NCBI GenBank assembly: GCA_012517905.1
Contig: JAAYUE010000013.1
Span: 11,106-75,105 of the forward strand
Direction: 5' to 3'
From: Clostridiales bacterium
GTDB taxonomy: Bacteria; Bacillota; Clostridia; Christensenellales; CAG-138
DNA length: 64,000 nucleotides
Both the position numbers and the translations under genes were made by a program. Positions within the stretch are counted from its first letter, which is position 1; the number at the start of each line of letters is the position of its first letter. The notes under the pieces were generated by a model, which did not search any database, was not told where the DNA came from, and was given only the letters and a program-made list of their open reading frames with translations. Of this stretch, positions 16,671 through 25,898 are shown one piece after another.

Positions 16671-18712
16671 ATAATCGTCTCACCGCGCGCGAGCCGGTCG
16701 TTTGCGACCCGGCGCTCGTCGCGGCAATCAAACAGGAACTCGACTGCTCGGCGCTCATTGCAAGAGCGCTCATTCGGCGCGGCGTCGCCTCTCTGGAGGA
16801 GGCGCGGCGCTTTTTGCATCCCGACGAGGGCGACCTGTTCGATCCGTTTCTGCTGCCGGACATGAAAAAGGCTGCGGATCGCGTGCGGCATGCGCTCGAC
16901 GCGGGCGAACGCATCTGCGTATTCGGCGATTACGACGCGGACGGCGTGTGTTCCACGGCGATGCTGGTCCGACGGCTTCGCAGCCTGGGCGCGGATGTCG
17001 AATACTACATTCCGCACCGCCACAGCGAAGGCTACGGTATGTCGGCGGACGCCGTGCGCCAGATTCACGAACGCGGCGTACATCTGATCGTCACCGTGGA
17101 CAACGGCGTTTCGGCTTACGACGAAATCGCGCTGTGTTCGGCGCTTGGCATCGACGTCGTGGTGACGGACCACCACAGCGTCGGGAAGACGATTCCCGAA
17201 TGCACGGCGGTCGTCGCCGCGTCCAGAAGGGATTCGACCTACCCGAACCGGTATCTCTGCGGCGCGGGCGTCGCGCTGAAGCTCATTCAGGCGGTCTGCG
17301 GCGCATACGACGAGCGAGAGCTTGCGCTCGCCGCGGTTGCGACCATTGCGGACGTGGTGCCTCTTTCCGGCGAAAACCGCGTTATCGCCGCCTGCGGCAT
17401 GCGGCATATCCGCCTGCTGCCCGGGCTTGCCGCGCTGCTGGACGCCGCGGGATTTTCACAGCCGCGGGTGGACGAAACGACCGTCTCCTTTATGATCGCG
17501 CCCCGTCTCAACGCCGCCGGGCGCATGGCCACCGCGCTCGATGCGGTGAACCTTTTGCTCGGCGAGGACGCGCAGCTTGCAGGCGAGATTGCGGCCACGC
17601 TGAACGAATACAACCAACAGCGAAGGGACGCGGAAAACGAAATTCTCGAAGAAGCCGAGCGGCAGATCGCAGCGCGGGGCGAAATCGGGCGCGTGCTCCT
17701 GCTGGCGCACGAAAGCTGGAACGCGGGCGTCATCGGCATCGTCGCCTCGCGTCTCTGCGAGCGGCACCATCTGCCCGTGATCCTGTTTGCCGAGCAGAAC
17801 GGCGTTTTGACCGGCTCGGGCCGCAGCATCGAGGGCATCGACCTCTTTGAAAACCTCAGCGAGTGTTCGCAGTTCTTTATCCGCTATGGCGGCCATGCGC
17901 GCGCGGCGGGCGTGACGATTGCAAAGGATCGCTTCGAGGCGTTCTGTGCGTTGTTTTCGGCGCAGATCGAGGCGCGCTACCGCCCCGAGGACTTCTATCC
18001 GTCGTTTGCCTATGACGAATCGGTCTCCCTTTCGGACCTGACCGCCGGGCGCGTCAAAGAACTTCGTCTGCTCGCGCCGTATGGCGAAGGGAATCCGGAG
18101 CCCGCATTTCGCATCGACGGCGTGCGGTTTGCCTCGATTCGCACCATCGGACGCGACGACAAGCATTTCTGCGCCAGCGCGATGCAGGGCGATCAGGTCA
18201 TGCGCGTGGTCGCCTTCGGCAAGAGCGCGCTTCTGGAGCCGCTCGGCACGGCGCTGGACTGGGATCTCGTTGCGCGGCCCGCGATCAACGCATACCGCGG
18301 CAGCGAAAGCGTGGAGCTCTACTGGATCTGCGCGAACGCCTCCGAAGAAAAAGTTGCGTTTTTTAATGCTTTTTTCGATGAAAGACTGTATAATGAAGAC
18401 TGTTCTGATGAAACAGCCGCCGCATGGGTCGCGGGATTTGGCCGCGGCCGCGTGCCCGCGCCGGACGACGAAGCCATGCGAAAGCACTACAGAACGCTGC
18501 GTTCCGCCGTCGGCGAAAGTGGGGAGTCGCTCGCTTTGCTGATTCGGACGCTCAGGAGCGAGGAACTGCTCGCGCTCTGCGTTTTTTCCCAGCTCGCGTT
18601 TTTCAGCTATGATCCCATCGCCGGGCGAATCACGAAAAACGACGGCTGCAGGCAGCGGACGCTGCGCGAAAGCCCGCTCTATCGAATTGTAAACGACACA
18701 CAGGAGGCGTGA
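16667..18712 (+). CDS. recJ: single-stranded-DNA-specific exonuclease RecJ
   Basis: The start MNNRLTAREP (ATG 16667) overlaps the maturase stop in an ATGA. DHH motifs are present: VFGDYDADGV, VTVDNG, VVTDHH, plus DHHA1 GGHARAAG. Track ORF 16277.. is an out-of-gene extension. Confidence 0.92.
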   Translation: MNNRLTAREPVVCDPALVAAIKQELDCSALIARALIRRGVASLEEARRFLHPDEGDLFDPFLLPDMKKAADRVRHALDAGERICVFGDYDADGVCSTAMLVRRLRSLGADVEYYIPHRHSEGYGMSADAVRQIHERGVHLIVTVDNGVSAYDEIALCSALGIDVVVTDHHSVGKTIPECTAVVAASRRDSTYPNRYLCGAGVALKLIQAVCGAYDERELALAAVATIADVVPLSGENRVIAACGMRHIRLLPGLAALLDAAGFSQPRVDETTVSFMIAPRLNAAGRMATALDAVNLLLGEDAQLAGEIAATLNEYNQQRRDAENEILEEAERQIAARGEIGRVLLLAHESWNAGVIGIVASRLCERHHLPVILFAEQNGVLTGSGRSIEGIDLFENLSECSQFFIRYGGHARAAGVTIAKDRFEAFCALFSAQIEARYRPEDFYPSFAYDESVSLSDLTAGRVKELRLLAPYGEGNPEPAFRIDGVRFASIRTIGRDDKHFCASAMQGDQVMRVVAFGKSALLEPLGTALDWDLVARPAINAYRGSESVELYWICANASEEKVAFFNAFFDERLYNEDCSDETAAAWVAGFGRGRVPAPDDEAMRKHYRTLRSAVGESGESLALLIRTLRSEELLALCVFSQLAFFSYDPIAGRITKNDGCRQRTLRESPLYRIVNDTQEA

Positions 18713-18714
18713 CC

Positions 18715-19230
18715 ATGGATCTGAAAGAGAAGATTCGCAGTATTCCGGATTTCCCGATCAAAGGGGTTTTATTCCGCGATGTCACCACGCTGCTCAAAGA
18801 TAAAGAAGGATACCACGCGCTGATAGAAACCATCGCGGATTCCCTGCGCGATCGTCAGGTGGACCTCGTCATCGGACCGGAGGCGCGCGGCTTCGTCATC
18901 GGCGCGGCGCTGGCTTACGCCCTCAACGCGGGCTTTGTGCTCGCCCGCAAGCCCGGCAAACTTCCCTGTGAAACCATGCGCTACGAGTATGGCCTGGAAT
19001 ACGGCACCGACGTGCTGGAGATTCATAAGGACGCGATTCAGCCCGGCCAGAAAGTCGTCATCGTGGACGACCTGCTCGCAACGGGCGGCACCGCGCTGGC
19101 CACGATCAGGCTCGTCGAAATGGCGGGCGGCGAGGTCGTCGGCGTGCGTTTCGCCATTGAACTGTGTTCCGAGTTTGACGGACGAACCCCGCTCAAAGGA
19201 TACGACGTACAGTCCGTCCTGCAATATTGA
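18715..19230 (+). CDS. apt: adenine phosphoribosyltransferase
   Basis: MDLKEKIRSIPDFPIKGVLFRD N-terminus and the PRPP motif VVIVDDLLATGGT. ATG 18715 lies 7 nt after GGAGG, while the track's GTG 18709 is too close to the RBS. Confidence 0.93.
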   Translation: MDLKEKIRSIPDFPIKGVLFRDVTTLLKDKEGYHALIETIADSLRDRQVDLVIGPEARGFVIGAALAYALNAGFVLARKPGKLPCETMRYEYGLEYGTDVLEIHKDAIQPGQKVVIVDDLLATGGTALATIRLVEMAGGEVVGVRFAIELCSEFDGRTPLKGYDVQSVLQY

Positions 19231-19252
19231 GCCAGTAATCGAAATGAAACAG

Positions 19253-19278
19253 ATCAACGGTTCGCCGTTGATTTTTTT
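19253..19278 (+). terminator. rho-independent terminator after apt
   Basis: ATCAACGG-TTCG-CCGTTGAT followed by TTTTTTT. Confidence 0.8.
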
Positions 19279-19424
19279 ACCCCCTGCGGAACGCAAATTG
19301 CAAACAGTTGCTGAAAAATGCTGCTCCGTGGTTGACGGGGACGGGGAAAAGACGGTATTCTATTGCCTGATTCCCCATAGAGTGCAATCGATCGACAATG
19401 CCCTTTGGGGAAGGAGGTGCGTTT

Positions 19425-21602
19425 ATGGAGATGCAGGAGCTCGTATCGGAGTTTTCCAAGCGGTATTCGCCCGAGCAGACGGAGCTGTTTCAGCGCGCCG
19501 TCGATTTTGCATACCAGACGCACTCGTCCCAGCTGCGGGAGTCCGGCGAGCCGTACATCATTCATCCTCTTGAAGTTGCGCGCCTCGTCATGGATATGGG
19601 CATGGACGCGGCGAGCGTCACCGCCGCCGTGCTGCACGACGCGGTGGAGGACGGCGACAACATCACCGTTGCGGACATCGAGGCCAAGTTCGGCCCCGAG
19701 GTCGCCAAGCTGGTGGACGGCGTCACCAAGCTGACCAAAAGCGGCCAGCAGACCTACATCACCAAAAAACAGGAGCAGTCCGAAAACCTTCGAAAGCTCT
19801 TTCTGGCCATCGCGGCGGACGTGCGCGTGGTCATCATCAAACTCGCCGACCGCCTGCACAACATGCGCACGCTGGCCTATTGCAACCCATACAAGCGCAT
19901 GCGAAAGGCCAAGGAAACGCTAGAGGTCTACGCGCCGCTGGCGCACCGCTTCGGCATGGGCGCGATCAAGGGCGAAATGGAAGACCTTTCGTTCATGTAT
20001 CTCATGCCCGAAGAGTATGCGGACATCAGCCGGCAGTTTCGGGAAAAGCAGGCGGAGCGGCAGGAGACGCTGGACAACGCGAAAAAGATCATCGGCGAAG
20101 AACTCGAAGCCGCGGGCATCGAGGCGGCCATCAGCGGCCGGCCCAAGCACCTCTACAGCGTATATCGCAAGATGCAGCGGCAGAACTCCAGCATCAGCGA
20201 AATTTACGATCTCATCGCCATCCGTGTGATCGTGGACTCCGTCAACGACTGCTATGCCGCGCTCGGCGTCATCCACGCAAACTGGAAACCGCTGCCCGGG
20301 CGCTTCAAGGACTATATCGCCACGCCGAAACCCAACATGTACCGTTCACTCCACACCACGCTGCTCGCGCCGAACGGCATCCCGTTCGAGGTGCAGATCC
20401 GCACCAAGGAGATGCACAAAACGGCTGAATACGGCATTGCCGCGCACTGGATGTATAAGGAAGGCCGAAATGTACAGAGCCTGCTGGACAAAAAGACCAG
20501 CTGGCTTCGTCAGGTCATCGAGGCGAAGGACACGACCGAGGACAGCAAAGAGTTCGTCGAAAGCATCATGAAGGATTTCCTTGGCGAGTACGTCTTTGTG
20601 CTCACGCCGAAGGGGGAGATCATCGACCTGCCGCGCGGTTCCACGCCGCTGGACTTTGCCTACCGCATCCACACCAACATCGGACATCACACGCAGGGCG
20701 CGAAGATCAACGGCGCGCTCGTGCGGCTCGACTATAAGCTCAAGACCAACGACGTGGTGGAGATCATCACCTCCAACAGCCAGGCGGGCCCAAGCCTCGA
20801 CTGGCTCAAGATCGTCAAGACGCAGGCCGCGCGCAATAAAATCCGCCAGTGGTTCAAGAAGGAAAACCGCGAGGGCAACATCGCCCGCGGGCGCGAACTG
20901 CTGGAGGACGCGGCAAAGCGACAGAATCTGGCCATCAGCGATCTGATCAAGCCGGACTATATCAACCCGCTGATCCAGCGGCTCAACATCAACGGCATCG
21001 ACGACATCTATGCGGCCATCGGCTTTGGCGGCATGTCCGCAAGCCAGGTGCTGCATAAGCTGGTCGACCTCAAGAAAAAAGACGACAAGGCCGCGGAAAT
21101 CGCCGAAAAAATCCGTAAGGGCGACACAGACGATTCGACGAAGACGCATGTGCCCGTCAACGGCATCATCGTCAAGGGCGACCCCGGCATGGCGGTGCGC
21201 TTTGGCAACTGCTGCAACCCGCTGCCCGGCGACCCCATCATCGGCTACATCACGCGCGGGCGCGGCGTATCCGTACACCGGGCGGACTGCCCCAACGTGG
21301 CGAACCTGCAATCCGATCTCGACCGCATCATCGAGGTCGAGTGGGCGATCAACAACAAGAGCTCGTTCAACGCGTCCTTGCAGATCGAGGGCGACAACCG
21401 AGCCGGTACGCTCTCCGCCATTTCGGCGCAGATTTCCAGCCTGAACGTGAGCATTCAGTCCATCAGCGGCCGGCCGATGCCGGACGACCGGTACATCATC
21501 GAGATGACGTTTGAGGTGGCCAACACCGAGCAGCTCAACGTGATCATCCGAAACTTAAAAAAGCTCAAGTGCGTCAGCAACGTCTATCGGATGAACCGGT
21601 AA
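19425..21602 (+). CDS. relA: bifunctional (p)ppGpp synthetase/hydrolase (RelA/SpoT homolog)
   Basis: HD hydrolase domain (HPLEVA, HDAVED), synthetase domain (YRSLHTT), TGS and C-terminal ACT regions. ATG 19425 lies 7 nt after AAGGAGG. Confidence 0.95.
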   Translation: MEMQELVSEFSKRYSPEQTELFQRAVDFAYQTHSSQLRESGEPYIIHPLEVARLVMDMGMDAASVTAAVLHDAVEDGDNITVADIEAKFGPEVAKLVDGVTKLTKSGQQTYITKKQEQSENLRKLFLAIAADVRVVIIKLADRLHNMRTLAYCNPYKRMRKAKETLEVYAPLAHRFGMGAIKGEMEDLSFMYLMPEEYADISRQFREKQAERQETLDNAKKIIGEELEAAGIEAAISGRPKHLYSVYRKMQRQNSSISEIYDLIAIRVIVDSVNDCYAALGVIHANWKPLPGRFKDYIATPKPNMYRSLHTTLLAPNGIPFEVQIRTKEMHKTAEYGIAAHWMYKEGRNVQSLLDKKTSWLRQVIEAKDTTEDSKEFVESIMKDFLGEYVFVLTPKGEIIDLPRGSTPLDFAYRIHTNIGHHTQGAKINGALVRLDYKLKTNDVVEIITSNSQAGPSLDWLKIVKTQAARNKIRQWFKKENREGNIARGRELLEDAAKRQNLAISDLIKPDYINPLIQRLNINGIDDIYAAIGFGGMSASQVLHKLVDLKKKDDKAAEIAEKIRKGDTDDSTKTHVPVNGIIVKGDPGMAVRFGNCCNPLPGDPIIGYITRGRGVSVHRADCPNVANLQSDLDRIIEVEWAINNKSSFNASLQIEGDNRAGTLSAISAQISSLNVSIQSISGRPMPDDRYIIEMTFEVANTEQLNVIIRNLKKLKCVSNVYRMNR

Positions 21603-21667
21603 TCCGAATATCACCACGCGCCGGCGGCGCCGGACGAAAACAAGGCAACGGGAGAAACAATCAGGTC

Positions 21668-22114
21668 ATGAGAGCGGTCGTACAGCGGACAACCGAAGCG
21701 TCGGTTACAGTAGAGGGAACCGTCACGGGCGAGATCGGGCGCGGTCTCGTCGTATTTATAGGAATCGAAGAGGGCGACACCGAGGCGGATCTGGCATACA
21801 TCTGCGACAAGGTGACCGGCCTTCGCGTCTTCGACGATGAAAACGAGATTCCGAACCTGTCCGTCGGGGACGTCGGCGGCGGCGTGCTGCTCGTATCCCA
21901 GTTCACGCTCTGTGCGGACGCGCGAAAGGGCAGGCGGCCGAGCTATATCAGGGCCGCGCGGCCGGAGCAGGCGATTCCGCTCTACGAGGCGGCGATTGCG
22001 CGCATCGGAGCGAGCGTTCCCGTCCAAAGCGGCGTGTTTCAGGCCAATATGCAGGTGCGCCTTGTCAACGACGGGCCGCATACGATACTTCTGGACTCGA
22101 GGAGGGCATTTTGA
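21668..22114 (+). CDS. dtd: D-aminoacyl-tRNA deacylase
   Basis: MRAVVQRTTEASVTV...SQFTLCADARKGRRPS...NDGPHT, the Dtd family signature. The track start at 21569 is an over-extension. Confidence 0.93.
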   Translation: MRAVVQRTTEASVTVEGTVTGEIGRGLVVFIGIEEGDTEADLAYICDKVTGLRVFDDENEIPNLSVGDVGGGVLLVSQFTLCADARKGRRPSYIRAARPEQAIPLYEAAIARIGASVPVQSGVFQANMQVRLVNDGPHTILLDSRRAF

Positions 22115-22758
22115 TGTATTTTCGGCAGATCACGAGTGGCTCGCTCGGAGAGCATATCTACATTCTCGGCGCGGACGGCGGCAAGGACGTTGTAGTGATC
22201 GATCCCGGTGAACCGCGCCCGGCGCTGGACGCGCTGGAGCGCGACGGACGGAACTGCGTCGCGATATTGCTCACGCACGGACATTTCGACCATATCGGCG
22301 GCGTGCGCGCGCTGAAGGAGCGCTTCGACGCGAAGGTGTATATCCACGAAGCGGACGCAGGGATGCTCCGCAGCAACCGCCAAAGCCTCGCCGTACTCAC
22401 GGGCGGGCTTGTCAAGGCCGTCGAGCCGGACGTGCTGCTGCACGGCGGCGAAACGCTTACGCTCGCCGGCGTAACGCTGGAGGTCGTCCATACGCCCGGG
22501 CACACCAAAGGCGGGGTGTGCTATGTCGTCAGAAGCGAAAGGAAACTCTTCGTCGGCGACACGCTCTTTTTGGAAGGAGCGGGCAGGACGGACTTTCCCG
22601 GCGGCAGCGAACAGGAGCTCTATCACTCCATCGCGGACGGGCTCTTTCCGCTGGAAGGGGACTTCGACGTCTATTGCGGCCACGAGGAGGAGACGACGCT
22701 CGAGCACGAGCGGCAGTATAACCCCTTTGTCGCGATGGGCCGCAGGCTGGGCTGGTAA
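22114..22758 (+). CDS. MBL-fold metallo-hydrolase (glyoxalase II-like)
   Basis: The LLTHGHFDHIGG (HxHxDH) motif. ATG 22114 lies 7 nt after GGAGGG and abuts the dtd stop. Confidence 0.88.
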   Translation: MYFRQITSGSLGEHIYILGADGGKDVVVIDPGEPRPALDALERDGRNCVAILLTHGHFDHIGGVRALKERFDAKVYIHEADAGMLRSNRQSLAVLTGGLVKAVEPDVLLHGGETLTLAGVTLEVVHTPGHTKGGVCYVVRSERKLFVGDTLFLEGAGRTDFPGGSEQELYHSIADGLFPLEGDFDVYCGHEEETTLEHERQYNPFVAMGRRLGW

Positions 22759-22764
22759 AAAAGC

Positions 22765-24222
22765 ATGATCGCGATTTCCACAAACCGATCGGAATACAGA
22801 AACGATATAGCCGAAGAAATTCGGCTGTTTCTTGGTTTGTCGGAAATCGTATTGCTCGAGGAAACCGATTCTTCTGCCGTCGATCTGATCTTCGACCTGC
22901 AGCTGACGCGAACCGGGGCGCACTATGCGCTGCGCGCGGCGGCGGGCGGGTTGGAAGAAACCGACGCGTTCGACCTGCCGGAGCATGCAAGCGCGCTCGT
23001 CGTAAAAAAACTTGAAAAGCGTGCGCTGAAGCTGGCGTGCTATCGCCTGCTCAAGCGGCTGTATCCCGCCGTTGCGACGCCCTGGGGCTCGCTGACGGGC
23101 ATCCGGCCGACGAAGCTCTATCGCGAGCTGACGCGGGACGGTGGGGCGGAGTATGCGAAACGGACGTTCCTCGACTTGTTCGACGTTTCACCTGAAAAGA
23201 CGGAGCTCGCCGCTCGCATCTGCGCCGTGCAGGAGCCGTATATCGCTTCCGTTCAGCCAAATGAAATCGATGTCTACGTCGGCATCCCGTTCTGCAGGAC
23301 CAAATGCCTCTACTGTTCGTTTCCGAGCGAAGTGCTGGGCAGGGAAGACCGCCTGACGCGCTATCTCGACGCGCTCAAGCGGGATATTGCGGCGGGCGCC
23401 GCACTGGTTCGAACGCGCGGCCTTCGCGTTCGTTCGTTCTATATGGGCGGCGGCACGCCGACGGTGCTGTCCGCGGCGCAGCTCGACGAACTGCTTTCGT
23501 TCATCCTTTCGCAATACGGCTCGCTGGGCATCGAGGCGACGGTGGAGGCGGGGCGTCCGGATACGATCGACCGCGAAAAGCTGCTTTCCCTCAAGCGGCA
23601 CGGCGTCGGCCGCATCTCCATCAACCCGCAGACCATGAACGACGAAACGCTTAGCCGTGTCGGCCGGAGCCATACGGCCAAGGGCGTGCGCCTCGTGTAC
23701 GAGTTGGCGCGCGGGATCGGGTTCGATTCGATCAATATGGACCTCATCGCAGGTCTGCCGGGCGAGACGCCGGACGATATGCAAAGAAGCTGCGACGCCG
23801 TCCTTCAGCTGCGGCCGGACAACCTGACCGTGCATTCGCTCGCGATCAAGCGCTCGTCCCTGCTGAAAAAGCAGCTGGACGAGCATCCGCTTGCCGCCGC
23901 GGCGGACGCGGAGCGCATGATCGCCATCGGCGCGGACTGCGCGGCCTCTCTCGGCATGAGCGCCTACTATCTGTATCGCCAGAAATATATGAGCGGAAAC
24001 CTCGAAAACGTCGGCTATGCGCTACCCGGCAAAGAATGCGTCTACAACATCGACATGATGGAGGAGACGGCGAGCATTCTCTCCCACGGGGCGGGCACGA
24101 TGACCAAGCGCGTGTTCGGCGCGGAAAACCGCATCGAGCGGCTGCCGAGCCCGAAGGACGTGCCGACCTATCTCGACAAGCTCGACAGGCTGATCGACGA
24201 CAAAGCGTCGTTTTTCAGCTGA
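22765..24222 (+). CDS. hemZ: HemZ-type radical SAM coproporphyrinogen dehydrogenase-like protein
   Basis: 485 aa with CRTKCLYCSF (CxxxCxxC) after a ~170-aa N-terminal extension and a HemN-like C-terminus. It sits in the usual relA-dtd-MBL-hemZ-hisS context. Confidence 0.8.
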   Translation: MIAISTNRSEYRNDIAEEIRLFLGLSEIVLLEETDSSAVDLIFDLQLTRTGAHYALRAAAGGLEETDAFDLPEHASALVVKKLEKRALKLACYRLLKRLYPAVATPWGSLTGIRPTKLYRELTRDGGAEYAKRTFLDLFDVSPEKTELAARICAVQEPYIASVQPNEIDVYVGIPFCRTKCLYCSFPSEVLGREDRLTRYLDALKRDIAAGAALVRTRGLRVRSFYMGGGTPTVLSAAQLDELLSFILSQYGSLGIEATVEAGRPDTIDREKLLSLKRHGVGRISINPQTMNDETLSRVGRSHTAKGVRLVYELARGIGFDSINMDLIAGLPGETPDDMQRSCDAVLQLRPDNLTVHSLAIKRSSLLKKQLDEHPLAAAADAERMIAIGADCAASLGMSAYYLYRQKYMSGNLENVGYALPGKECVYNIDMMEETASILSHGAGTMTKRVFGAENRIERLPSPKDVPTYLDKLDRLIDDKASFFS

Positions 24223-24260
24223 ACGCAGCTGAAAAAGCGCGATTGCGGCGCCGGAAACGA

Positions 24261-24289
24261 TTGACAGCGGCACCCCGCGTCGTTATAAT
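24261..24289 (+). promoter_or_regulatory. sigma-70-type promoter of the hisS-aspS leader
   Basis: TTGACA (24261-24266), a 17-nt spacer, then TATAAT (24284-24289). Confidence 0.7.
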
Positions 24290-24295
24290 ATGCTG

Positions 24296-24558
24296 GAACA
24301 AGGTTGAGAACGGGAGAGTAGTCGGGCGAGGCTTCTCAAGAGAGCGAAACGGTTGGTGAGAGTTTCGCAGACGCCAGTCCGAACGAACGGCACCCGCGAA
24401 CCGCGCGGCCCAGCGGCGGAGCTTCCGCCAAAAGCCGCGACGTAACTCCGGCGTTAACGGAAACAGAGCGGAACGGGCGCGGCAAAGGCTGCCGGCCGGT
24501 TCAATCAGGGTGGCACCGCGGGTTTCCCGTCCCTACAGGATCGGAACCCGCTTTTTTT
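24296..24558 (+). promoter_or_regulatory. T-box riboswitch leader controlling hisS-aspS
   Basis: Stem I elements: GAGAA K-turn, AGAGTA, AGAGAG bulge and the distal loop GGTTGGTGAGA. The conserved T-box AATCAGGGTGGCACCGCG lies at 24503-24520. The terminator GCGGGTTTCC...GGAACCCGC followed by TTTTTTT lies at 24518-24558. Confidence 0.9.
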
Positions 24559-24608
24559 ATACCGATAAGCTGGTATAATGATAGGTATTCTAGACACGGA
24601 GGTCGGTT

Positions 24609-25898
24609 ATGGCAGCCTATAAGGCCCCGAAAGGAACGAGAGACGTACTCCCCGAACAAAGCTACCAGTGGCAGTTTCTGGAAGCGCGGATACGGGAGAT
24701 CGTCAAGAAATATGGATTTCTGGAAGCGCGCACGCCGGTGTTCGAGCACACGGAGCTGTTTCTGCGCGGCGTCGGCGAAACGACCGACATCGTTCAGAAG
24801 GAGATGTACACCTTTCTCGACAAGGGCGAGCGTTCCATTACGCTCAAGCCGGAGGGCACGGCTGGCATCGTTCGCATGTTTGTGGAAAACAATCTCTTTG
24901 CGGATACGCAGCCGACAAAGATGTATTATCTCTATAGCCCGACGTTTCGCTATGAGCGTCCCCAGGCGGGGCGCCTGCGCGAGCACCATCAGTTCGGCGT
25001 GGAGTTTTTCGGCGCGAGCAAACCCAGCGCGGACGCGGAATGCATCGCGGTGGCGGCGGAGCTGCTCCAAAGCCTCGGCTGCGACGGTCTGACCGTACGC
25101 CTCAACAGCATCGGCGATCCGAACTGCAGGCCGAACTATCACGCGGCGCTCAAGGACTATCTGCGCGATCATTACGACGATCTCTGCGAAACCTGCAAGG
25201 TGCGTTTTGAGACAAACCCGCTTCGCGTGCTGGACTGTAAGGTGGAGTCCTGCCAGAAGATCGCAAATGGCGCGCCGGTGATCGGCGACTATCTCTGCGA
25301 CGATTGCAGGGAACACCAGACGCAGCTGCTCAAACTTTTGGACGGCATGGGGCTGAAGTATGAAATCGACCCGCGGCTCGTGCGCGGGCTGGACTATTAC
25401 ACGAAAACCGTCTTTGAAATCACGTCGGAAAATATCGGCAGCCAGAGCGCCGTCTGCGGCGGGGGTCGGTATGACGGGCTGGTGGAGGAGATCGGCGGCC
25501 CGCACACGCCGGGCGTCGGATTCGGCCTCGGCATGGAGCGGCTGCTGCTCGTTCTGGAAAACATCGGCGTCACGATTGAAAAACCCGTGCGGTACGATCT
25601 TTACATCGCCTCGATGGGCGCGGACGCGGAGGAACGGGCGTTCCTGCTTGCGCAGGGCGTGCGCGATTTCGGCGAAAAAGTTGAAATCGATCATATGGGC
25701 CGCAGCATCAAGGCGCAGATGAAGTATGCCGATAAAATCGGCGCGCGCTATGTGCTTGTTATCGGTGAAGACGAGTTGAAAAAGGGCGAGGCAAAGCTCA
25801 AGCGCATGAAAGACGGAAAAGAGCGAACGATCGGTTTGGATGCGGTCAGCATTATGAATTCGATAATTTCAGATGACTTGGGGAGCGAAACGATATGA
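24609..25898 (+). CDS. hisS: histidine--tRNA ligase
   Basis: 429 aa, class II HisRS motifs (FRYERPQAGRLREHHQFGVE, GGGRYDGL). Confidence 0.96.
   Translation: MAAYKAPKGTRDVLPEQSYQWQFLEARIREIVKKYGFLEARTPVFEHTELFLRGVGETTDIVQKEMYTFLDKGERSITLKPEGTAGIVRMFVENNLFADTQPTKMYYLYSPTFRYERPQAGRLREHHQFGVEFFGASKPSADAECIAVAAELLQSLGCDGLTVRLNSIGDPNCRPNYHAALKDYLRDHYDDLCETCKVRFETNPLRVLDCKVESCQKIANGAPVIGDYLCDDCREHQTQLLKLLDGMGLKYEIDPRLVRGLDYYTKTVFEITSENIGSQSAVCGGGRYDGLVEEIGGPHTPGVGFGLGMERLLLVLENIGVTIEKPVRYDLYIASMGADAEERAFLLAQGVRDFGEKVEIDHMGRSIKAQMKYADKIGARYVLVIGEDELKKGEAKLKRMKDGKERTIGLDAVSIMNSIISDDLGSETI

Noticed and set aside
19244-19390. A small ORF (MKQINGSPLIFLPPAERK...) in the apt-relA spacer.
   Set aside because: It has no RBS. 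It runs straight through the apt terminator hairpin and the relA promoter, and it belongs to a long shadow frame (18935..19573).
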